Below, piece after piece: positions 50,409-60,299 of a stretch of DNA of 64,000 nucleotides. The first letter of the stretch is position 1. Every line of letters begins with the position of its first letter. Origin of the DNA: Chiloscyllium plagiosum (taxonomy: Eukaryota); contig NC_057719.1 of NCBI RefSeq assembly GCF_004010195.1, positions 17,040,002 to 17,104,001 on the forward strand, in the 5' to 3' direction. The position numbers and the translations under genes were made by a program. Under the pieces are notes generated by a model. That model had not been told where the DNA came from and did not search any database. It saw only the letters and a list, made by a program, of their open reading frames with translations.

Positions 50409-50446
50409 GATTCCTGAAGAAGGGCCTGTGCCCGAAACGTCGAATC
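50409..50446 (+). ncRNA. Minimal type-I hammerhead ribozyme motif
   Basis: GATTC-CTGAAGA-A-GGGC-CTGT-GCCC-GAA-ACGT-C-GAATC: stem I GATTC/GAATC, stem II GGGC/GCCC, GUC triplet with predicted cleavage after C50441. Confidence 0.8.
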
Positions 50447-50540
50447 TCCTGTTCCCTGGATGCTGCCTGACCTGCTGTGCTGTTCCAGCAATAAAGTTTC
50501 AACCAAAATACTCTGGAACATTATCTGGCTCTCCAGATGC

Positions 50541-51488
50541 AATTCAAGATTATCCCAGAAATATACATTGTCACAGATTTTATACATCATTGAAGGGAGA
50601 TGGTAGACAAAGCCAAGATGTGACTTTAAGAGCCTTTCAACTCTAAATAGTCTAGCAATAACACAATTTGGCTACCACATCTCCCTTCCAGAGTTCCAAT
50701 TTGTTTCCAACTCAGAAATAAGCCATTTGGCTCATCAGGTCCAGGTTTCTGTTAATGTTTCATTTAAGCTTCCTCCCCCATTATTTCATCTAACCCCTAC
50801 AACGGTCCTCTTTCTTTCAACCCTCTTGTTCTAACCTAGCTTACCGCAAACATATGAATGCCTTACCTATTCCATATTGTCGCAAGTTCCCTATTTAAAT
50901 CACTTTTCAGGCAAATCAATTTCTGTAATATTCCCAATGAACATTTCCAGCTCTGATCTCCAGCATCTGCAGACCTCACTTTCTCCTCAAATATTCCATA
51001 TTGTCGCAAGTTCCCTATTTAAATCACTTTTCAGGCAAATCAATTTCTGTAATATTCCCAATGAATTCATCATCCAAGGTTTTGGTCCCAATGTTCATTC
51101 AAAATACTTCACACATTTGAATTTTGGGTGAAAAAAACTCTGATCTTTAACTGTTTTAAATTAAGAACTTATCGGTTCCCACTTCATAGATTAAACCTAT
51201 TGGTGAACAGCTCCTTCATATCATGTATGCCATCTACATGTTACTTAGCTATGTTCTAGTGATGGGCAGGAGTAGAGTCATAGGATTTGGTTTGAAAATT
51301 AATGTTCCTATTCTGCTTCCAAAATCTAACACCCAGTGGATTCACAGTAAAAATAAGGCAACAGAATTCAAAGAATTTGAGAACTGAGCTCAAAGGCTCT
51401 TAAAATGACATCTTGGCTTTGTCTAACATCCCCCTTCAATGATGTATGAAATCTGTAACAATGTACATTACTGGGATGGTCTTGAATT
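50541..51488. repeat. About 97-bp inverted repeat pair (50541-50637 / 51392-51488)
   Basis: AATTCAAGA..CATCATTGAAGGGAGATGGTAGACAAAGCCAAGATGT..TAAGAGCCTTT versus its reverse complement at 51392-51488, roughly 85% identical by eye. Confidence 0.85.
50868..51065 (+). repeat. Perfect 74-bp direct repeat flanking a 50-bp family A terminus
   Basis: 50868-50941 equals 50992-51065; between them lies CTCTGATCTCCAGCATCTGCAGACCTCACTTTCTCC. Confidence 0.92.
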
Positions 51489-51508
51489 AAATCCCTTGTA
51501 AAACAGAA

Positions 51509-51738
51509 TTAAAAATCACACAACACTAGGTTATAGTTCAACAGGATTATTTGGAAGCTTTCAGAGCATTTAACCTCCATCAGGTGGTTGTGGAAGATAA
51601 GCTTAACTCCCACAGCTACCTGAAGGAGGACCAGCACTCTGCAAGCTAGTGCTTCCAAATAAACCCATTGACTATAACCTGGTGTTATGTGACTTTTAAT
51701 TTTGTCCACCCTATGTCCATACTGACACCTTCAAATCA
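51509..51738. mobile_element. Fold-back family B element, decayed
   Basis: Homologous to 19235-19504; TSD TGTAAAACAGAA at 51497-51508 and 51739-51750. Confidence 0.82.
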
Positions 51739-53379
51739 TGTAAAACAGAAGCAGTTCATTGCTGGTAGTTTTTGCAAATAAGGAACGGGAATGAAGTTGA
51801 CTTCAAGAAAGAGTTTGGTTCTACCTAAGGTGTTCAATTAATATAAATCAGGCACAATAGACCAGAAATTGGATCAGTTGACCCCTGCTTTATGAACAAG
51901 CCCCAGGTTGAAAATGTTGTCTCATTGTCACTGGAGAGCTTGAAAAGTGTCCAGTCTGAAATTGTGTCAAGGATTTCTTGGGCACCCCTGGGGCTGAAGA
52001 GATAGCAAGACCCATAAGTTTGTAGATGACAGAGTAAAGGCTAACTTTCAAAAGAGGTTTGGATACATAACACACAAATGTAATGGAGGCTTACAGTGGA
52101 ACACAAACCCACAGCCAAAAAGGTGAGCCATTTAACTATGGGAGTGATTATAACAAAGTGGAATTTAATTCAAAATTAGATAAAGGGTACATAGCAGAAA
52201 TATTGGTGTGGAGAAAACATATTAGCATATTGCACAGTTTATTTCGAAAGAGGAATAATTTTGAGAATTATTCAAAGCTAATATCTTTGACTCCAATAAG
52301 TATTTTCACGAGATTTCCAATTAATTCAAATGTTACCTCAACAAGAGTACCTGGATATTAGGAAATGGGCCACACAGCAAACTATAGATGAGAATTGTTT
52401 TCTCATTAAATTATTCAAAAGCTAGGAGGTAAATGCAGTCAAACAAAATTAATACTTTCAAAATGCAATAATTCTTCACTTACTGTTGGCTCAGTCAATA
52501 TTCTTTTGCTGAAATATCACTGGTAAAAAGGGAACATGTAGGTTACTATTGCTGCAACGTTCTGTATAACATTGCTGTACCTTGTTCTGCTCATTCCAGA
52601 TTGAACTTCTGAGATTTATCTTGAGCAGAATCATACAGTCCCCAAGGGAAGGGTTATACACAGTAAACCCATCAAATTTCATTGATACTGTTCCCACTGC
52701 CTATTTGCAACACACCCCACCCCCACCCCCAACCCTGTGATTTAACAGGCAATGTTTGGAGAAGCTTTAGGTAATCTACCTTCATACATTTAAGCGAGCA
52801 ATTAATGGATACTTTGGAGCCACTGCACATTGGGCTGAAACATTTTGCCTGGCAGGAGGAGGTTGGAGATGGGCAGTCACCCTGGTGGATAGGCCTGCTT
52901 GGATTTCAACCAGGAAATAGGGATGGCTTCCTTCACAGGACCTCTTTTATATTGGAGGAAACCCTGCAGCACCTCTCCTACACCAAACTCCTTAGGTTTG
53001 CCCCCTTCAGGTGTCAGCTCTGTCCCAGCCCTTGTAACACAGCCCTCAAAGCCAAATCCCTCTCCTACCGCCAACCCCTCAGGTGTCTCCTACCTTGGTT
53101 GTGCTTCACTTCACAGCCTACTTGGTATCCTGCTCCTGACTCTTCATCTTTAGGCACGGGTGCAAGTGAACAGAGACCCGTGGTGGCACTGCTAATGACT
53201 AGATTGGCTGGCGGTGGTTCTTGTTCCCCATTGGGGTTTTAAATAGCTCCAGGGCAGGCTGCTGGAACAAGGCACATTTTTAGTGATAATGGGGAAGTAT
53301 TGCATGGAAAACATATCCATGTGTAAATTCCTGACCCATGGTTAAGAACTTAAATTTCCACAGTTTTTATTGGTCACAG

Positions 53380-53700
53380 AAACATAGGGTTATACAACAC
53401 AGAAACAGATCTTCCTGTCCAACTTGTCCATGCTGACCAGATGTCCTAAGCTGATCTAACCTATTTGTCAGCATTTGGCTCATATCCCTCTAAACTCTTC
53501 CTATTCAGATATCCATCCAGATGTCTTGTAATTGTACCAGCCTCCACCACTTCCTCTGGCAGCACATTCCATGCATGTACCACCCTCACCTTCTGTGTGA
53601 AAACGTTGTCCCTTAGGTCCCTTTTAAATCTTTTTCCTCTTACCTTAAACATTTGGCCTCGAGTTTTGGACTCCCCCATCCCAGGGAAAAGACCTTGTCT
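53380..53700 (-). mobile_element. CR1/HER1-type 3' end
   Basis: ORF 53461-53766 reads SKTRGQMFKVRGKRF..VVHAWNVLPE. Confidence 0.88.
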
Positions 53701-55864
53701 ACGAACGCTGTAGCCTGAGTAGTGACCAATCTCTAGATCACATTGGGTTAAAAACTGAATATTCATGACATAGTTTCAATAATATTCAAGAAAGCCATGG
53801 ATTTCTCACTAATAATAAATGTCACATTAAGTATGATCTGCAGCTGTGGGAATAATAGCCAAATGTTTACATTGCAGAGATTTTATTATTTACAAAAGAT
53901 GTGTATTTCCCAATTCCACTGTAGTTTTCTTCCTCTTTGATCTCCATCTCCTCATTATGACAGCTCATGTTCAATGGGCAGTGACTTTTCTCTGTCAGTT
54001 GACTAAAGAGCAACTTTATACCTGTGACATTAAGAAGTAACACCAGAGAACTGAGCCCTATTGGGCTTACTGTCAAATTCCATAGATCAGCCATGATCTC
54101 GTTGAATGGTGGTACAGACTCAAGGGGCTGAATGGCCTACATCTGTTCCTATTGTCCTCATATCCTTATCTGCCCTTTCCCAATATCTTTTGAAATGTAC
54201 CTATCTTTAAAGAGTGATCAATATTCTTGATTGTTCTGTGTTGGATTATATGAATCTCTAACTGATCTATGCCAACTGCACTTAATTAATTGGGCATTGA
54301 TTCAGAGCAAAATAAACAGACACCATAGAAGCAATAAAAGTTTGATCTAGAGTGAAGGTGTTGATACTTTGAAGCATTGTAACTAAAGTTCCTGCATGCT
54401 TGGAAGCTAATATCATCTCTGTATTTGTTTAAGATAAATATATAAAATATATAACAATGTTGCGTAGTATCACCAGGCAATCAATTCTACAATCACTGTT
54501 CAATGGTGATTGAGAAACAGAATCCAAGGCACATTTCTTCAACCCAACCTCGGGATAGTGATAAGACCATAAGACATAGGAGCAGAAATTAGGCCATTCA
54601 GCCCATCGTGTCTGCGCTGTACCTCTCTACAACTCTATAATCATTCTATCATGGCTGATAGGGTCTTGAGGATCAAGGGTTACGGGGAGAAAGTGGGAGA
54701 ATGGGGTTGAGAAACCTATCTATCTCAGTCTTAAATATACTCAATGACCTGACCTCCACAGCCTTCTGTGGCAATGAATTCCATAGATTCACCACTTTTT
54801 GGCTGAAGAAGTTTCTCCTTATCTCTGTTCTAAAAGGTCTTCCGTTTACTCTAAGACTATGGCCTCGGATCCTAGTCTCTCTTACCAATGGAAACATCTT
54901 CCCAATATCTACACTGTCTAGACCATTCAGTATTCTGTATGTTTCAATTACACCTTCCTCTCATCCTTCTAAATTCCATCAAATTGAAACCTAGAGTCCT
55001 CAAACTTTCCTCATATGTTAAGCTTTTCATTCCTGGGACCATTCTCGTGAAAGTCCTCTGAACATGCTCCAGGGCCAGAACTTGCCTCCTGAGGATATGG
55101 GGCCCAAAACTGCACACAATACTCCAAACTCTAGTCAGAACCAGAGCCTTATAGAGCCTCAGAAATACATACCCGCTTTTATATTCAAGTCCTCTCAAAA
55201 TAAATGCCATCATTGCATTTGCCTTCCTAATCCTGGACTAGAACTCCTAAGTCTCTTTGCACTTCAGATTTCTGAATTTTCTCCCCATTTAGAAAATCGC
55301 CCATGCCTCTATTCTTCCTACCAAAGTGCATTACCTCATATATTCCCACATTGTACTCCATATGCCACTTCTTTGCCCACTCTCCTAACCTGTCCAAATC
55401 CTTCCACAGACTCCCTGCCTCCTCAAAGCTATCTATCCCTCTACCTATCTTTGTATCATCTGCAAACTTAGCCAGAATGCCCTCATTTCCTTCATCCAGA
55501 TTGTTAATGTATAAAGTGAAACGTTGCAGTCCCAACACTGAGCCTTGCGGAACACCGCTTGTCACCGGCGGCCGTCCTGAGAAGGGCCCTTTTATCCCTG
55601 CTCTCTGCTTTCTGCCAGACAGCAAGCTTTTGTCCATGCCTGCACCTTGCTTCTGACACCATGGGCCCTTGCCTTACTCAGCAGCCTCCTGTGAGGCATA
55701 TTGTCAAAGACCTTATTGAAGTCCAGGCAGATAACATCCATTGGCTCTCCTTGCTCTAACCTGCTCATTACTGCCTCAAATCATTCTAGCAGATTTGTCA
55801 GGCATGACCTCCCCTTGAAGAAACCATACTGACTTTGCCCTATTTTACCATACACTTCCAAGTA

Positions 55865-56023
55865 CAGAGGAACCTCGATTATCCAAAGGATATGGGCAGG
55901 GAGTATTACACTAGGTTAATCAAATGCCGGATAACATAGTTTAGCCGAGCATCGGGATCTTGCCATCTTTCCGTATCAACCAAAATAAGGACAATGGAAT
56001 TTTGGATAATCGAGGTTCCTCTA
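55865..56023. mobile_element. Tigger/pogo-like MITE (Tc1/mariner superfamily)
   Basis: 23-bp terminal inverted repeats CAGAGGAACCTCGATTATCCAAA / TTTGGATAATCGAGGTTCCTCTA (one terminal mismatch), flanked by TA at 55863-55864 and 56024-56025. Confidence 0.88.
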
Positions 56024-57322
56024 TATTCAGAAATCTCATCCATCACAATGGATTCTAGGATCTCTTGCCCATGAGAGATGTTAGGCTAATTGGTCCATAA
56101 TTTTCCATCTTTTGCCTTGCTCCCTTTTTAAACAGGAGTGTCAGCGATTTTCCAGTCCTCTGGGACCCTCCCTGATTCTAGCGATTCCTGAAAGATCACC
56201 ATTGTTGCCTCCACTATCTCTTCACCTATCTCCCTTAGAACTCTGGAGTATAGTCCAGCTGGTCTAGGTGATTTATCCACCTTCAGGCCATTCAGGTTTT
56301 CTAGCACGTTTTCCTTGCTGATGGCCTCCATACTCAGCTCTGCCTCCTCACTCTCTTGAATGTTTGCGATTTTGGGATATAACTTGTGTCTAATGCAAAG
56401 TAATTATTCAGTTCCTCAGCCATTTCCTTGTTCCCCACTACTGCTTCTCTAGCGTGATTGTTTAGTTGCCCAATGTTCACCTTTGCCTGTCTTTTGCCCT
56501 TTGTATATCTAAAGAAACTCTTGCAGTCTTCTTTTATATTACTGGCTAGCTTACCCTTATATTTCATCTTCTTCCTCCATATTTCTTTTTTGTTGCCCTT
56601 TGTAAGTCTTTGTAAACTTCCCAATCTTCTGGTTTACCCACTGCCCTTTGCTACATTATATGATTTCTCTTTTGCTTTTATACAGCCATAGGGTCATAGA
56701 GATGTATAGCACAGAAACAGACTCTTCGGTCCAACTCGTCCATGCCGACCAGATACCCAACCCAATTGAGTCCCACTTGCCAATACCTGGCCCATATCAA
56801 CAATCCAGAATTGCTTCAGGTGTGCAATTTTCTTTGAAGCTAAGACAGGGTGGCTGGCAAAGTGTACAAGGCACCAAACTGCATTACCAGTGCTGAAGCG
56901 TTCAATAACTTAGACTCATTGCATGGCTATTTTTAGCAGGTTTCCAATACAAATGCATGAGTGTTACTGGACCAGCTTTCCAGTGCTGCAGAGAAAGAAT
57001 AATTGTCAAGATGAACCAACTGCCATTAAAATCTATTTTAAATGTCATCTAGTGAGCACATATGCCTATCAATGTTTTAGACTGTAGTCTATTGCTTGAA
57101 TTTTGATTATGGGCAATTCTATAAATAAAGACAAGTTTTCAGATATATTGATTCTGATTTTTTAAAAAAAGAATGATAATCAGTGATGCACACAGACATT
57201 AAAAAATACAACTCATTACCATGCAAGTCACAGGCCATGTTATCCCTGACTTCCCTAGTCAGCTACGGTTGCCTCATCCTCCCTGTACTATGTTTCTTTT
57301 TCCTTGGTTGAATCTCTGCTGT

Positions 57323-58454
57323 TGAAACTTTATTGCTGGAACAGCACAGCAGGTCAGGCAGCATCCAGGGAACAGGAGATTCGACGTTTCGGGCACAGGC
57401 CCCTCCCCGCCTCCATCCTACTCCGGCCTATCGCCTTCGCCTTGGCCTCTTTCCGCCTATCGCATTTCCGGCGCCCCTCCTCCGGGTCCCTCCTCCCTAC
57501 CTTTTGTCTTCTCCTGCTGAACACTCTCTGGGTTTGTAGTTTGTGGTTTCTACTACAAATCAACCGACTCCCACAGCTACCTGGACTACACCTCCTCCCA
57601 TCCTGCCCCCTGTAAAAACGCCATCCCATTCTCCCAATTCCTTCGTCTCCGCCGCATCTGCTCCCAGGAGGACCAGTTCAAAATACGTACAACCCAGATG
57701 GCCTCCTTCTTCAAGGACCGCAATTTCCCCCCCCACGTGGTCGACGGTGCCCTCCACCGCATCTCCTCCACTTCCCGCTCCTCCGCCCTTGAGCCCCGCC
57801 CCTCCAACCGCCACCAGGACAGAACCCCACTGGTCCTCACCTACCACCCCACCAATCTCCATGTACAGCGCATCATCCGCCGTCACTTCCGCCACCTCCA
57901 AACAGACCCCAGCACCAAGGATATATTTCCCTCCCCACCCCTATCAGCTTTCCGTAGAGACCACTCCCTCCGCGACTCCCTTGTCAGATCCACACCCCCC
58001 ACCGACCCAACCACCACTCCCGGCACCTTCCCTTGCAACCGCAGGAGGTGCAACACTTGCGCCCACACCTCCCCCCTCACTTCTCTCCAAGGCCCCAAAG
58101 GAAAATTCCATATCCGCCACAGATTCACCTGCACCTCCACCCACATCATCTACTGCATCCGCTGCAGCCGGTGTGGCTGCAGTCTTCTTCTTGACCTCTC
58201 CGCCTCCATCCTACTCTGGCCTATTGCCTTCGCCTTGGCCTCTTTCCGCCTATCGCATTTCCGGCGCCCCTCCTCCGGGTCCTCCTCCCTACCTTTTGTC
58301 TTCTCCTGCTGAACACTCTCTGCTCATTCCTGGGGAGGGGCCTGTGCCCGAAACGTCGAATCTCCTGTTCCCTGGATGCTGCCTGACCTGCTGTGCTGTT
58401 CCAGCAATAAAGTTTCAACTTTGATCTCCAGCATCTGCAGACCTCACTTTCTCC
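57323..58454 (+). mobile_element. Penelope-like element (Neptune-type), young, rearranged
   Basis: Open frame 57551-58177 reads YYKSTDSHSYLDYTSSHPAPCKNAIPFSQFLRLRRIC..PCNRRRCNTCAH..IIYCIRCSRCG (RT thumb, Cys-rich linker, start of GIY-YIG). It has direct terminal-repeat copies at 57408-57530 / 58201-58322, an inverted copy at 57321-57408, and a perfect 15-bp TSD TTGAATCTCTGCTGT at 57308-57322 and 58455-58469. Confidence 0.93.
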
Positions 58455-58740
58455 TTGAATCTCTGCTGTGTCTCCTGAATTACTCCCATAAACTCCTTCC
58501 ATTGCTGTTCCATTGTCTTTCCTGCTTGGCTCCTCTCCCAGTCAGTTCTACCCAGCTCTTCCCTCATGCCTCTGTAGTTGCCTTTATTCAGCTGTAATAC
58601 TGTTACCTCTGATTCTATCTTCTCCCTCTCAAACTGCAAATCATATTATGATCACTGCCTCCTAAGAGTTACTTTACTTTAAGCTCCCTTACTAAGTCTG
58701 TCTCATTGCACAACACTAAATCCAGTATTGCCTGTTCCCT

Positions 58741-58858
58741 GGAGAAAGTGAGGTCTGCAGATGCTGGAGATCAAAGTTGAAACTTTATTGCTGGAAAAGC
58801 ACAGCAGGTCAGGCAGCATCCTCGTGGGAGCACGAGGTAGCGCCGATACAGTCATCTA
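58741..58858 (-). mobile_element. Family A insertion with extra unassigned sequence
   Basis: Family A terminus at 58741-58821; TSD TGTTCCCTG at 58733-58741 and 58859-58867. Confidence 0.78.
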
Positions 58859-60299
58859 TGTTCCCTGCTCCATCTTGAAGACATTCCACAAATTCCTTTC
58901 CTTGCAATCCACTACCAACCTAATTTTCCAGTGCACCTGCGTATTGAAACCCCCATGATCACTGTAACTTTGCCTACACATCTTTTCTATCTCCTAGTTC
59001 ATTCTAGTGATGATTGCAGCTACAATCAGTTCATTTAGAGCTTGGATATAATTCTCAACAAAAGGTTAAAGCCCAACGGCAACTTAATGTGAACCAGAGG
59101 ACATTATTGTATTTGTCCTCTGAGGAGCAGAGTGCGACAAAGGTTGAGAGACGAGTAGTCAATGGTTGAATAGTAGATTGGTTAGAATGGATAACTATTC
59201 TGGAAGCTTTGTTTTTGATTATCTCCGAAGTTTGTTAGGTTTCTTTACAGTGTGGTTTCAATCAAAAGATGAAACAACAGTGGAAGCTGTGCAGAATGTG
59301 TGGACTTTCCAGTTGTTTATGAATCTGAATAGTTCAGTGTCACCCCATGTGGTACGTAAACCCACAGATCCATCTTGGGTGTCCTTGTTTTCAATATATG
59401 CATCATGTTCTGACTGTGTTAATGCAAAGTCTGAGGCTTGATCCAGAACGGGAAGAATTTATTTCTCGGACAAATAATGTGATGCTGGAAATCTGAAACA
59501 AACACAGGAAATTGCTGGAGAAACTTAGTCGATCTGAGAGCATCTGTGGAGAGAGAAACCTTTTGAGTCCAGCTTCTTCTCTGTGTTTACATAAGGATTT
59601 ATTTCTGGTAATTGGTCAATATCCTGAAGTGTTAACTCTCTTTCTCCCTCCACGGATGCTGATCATTTCCAGTATTTTCTGTTTTTATTTAAGACTGTCA
59701 GCATTTGCAGAACCTTGCTTGTGTTTCTTGTTTCCCCTGAATTAGTCAAAATGCCACTCATCTCTTTTTTGGATTCTGGCTCATGCCCCGGGAATAATTC
59801 ACAGCAGAGGATGGCCATTTGGGTGGTTTTCAAGGCTTTGTTTTCATAAAACAAACCGTGCTGCTCTGAAATGTATGGAAATCCCTCTGTCCCGGAGTAG
59901 AAATCCAGTGGGAGACATTCTTTTTGTGCCTGGCAATATGGTTCAAAAACGTTGAGGTTGATGGAATGATGATCTCTTATCTAGCTAATCAGGATTTTGG
60001 GATAATTAAGTTTCCAGTGTTACTCAGTCCCCAGCACAAAACTGTCTAAAAATTGCTGGAACACTGTACTCTAACTCATACAGGCTGAAGAAAATTCCAC
60101 AGATGCTACAGGTGATATTAATCTTATAACATAGTTAACCATTTTTATGCCAGAATGAAGCCTCACTGCGCAACCACCCTCCTGTTATATTCAATCGTGC
60201 AGTGCGCCACACTGAGTAAAATGGAGATGTGCTCCATCCAGATTTACTGTACTGAAGTGCAGAAACCTTTCTGAAACCATTGGTTTCAGCCAATGTAGA

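Larger units (their letters stand above)
50273..50500. mobile_element. Young perfect fold-back family A element
   Basis: Perfect 93-bp inverted arms at 50308-50400 and 50411-50503; perfect 16-bp TSD AACCAAAATACTCTGG at 50257-50272 and 50501-50516. Confidence 0.93.
54565..58990 (-). mobile_element. Long CR1 LINE (second subfamily), interrupted by a MITE, a HER1-type tail (56688-56798), unrelated sequence, a PLE and a family A insertion
   Basis: ORFs contain VTSGVPQGSVLG..FADDTKIG, KVDKSPRPAG and IKEDCKSFFRY. The CR1 sequence at 57230-57322 continues at 58470 across the PLE TSD and extends toward the endonuclease region at about 58990. Confidence 0.85.

Noticed and set aside
57543..58424. 293-aa Pro/Ser/Thr-rich ORF as a mucin-like host gene
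   Set aside because: It is an alternative frame of the C-rich Penelope ORF and lies wholly inside a TSD-bounded insertion.
731..58821. Recurring family A sequence as a CRISPR-like array
   Set aside because: Copies are dispersed, in both orientations, individually flanked by TSDs and match PLE terminal repeats. There are no regular spacers or cas genes, and the context is eukaryotic.
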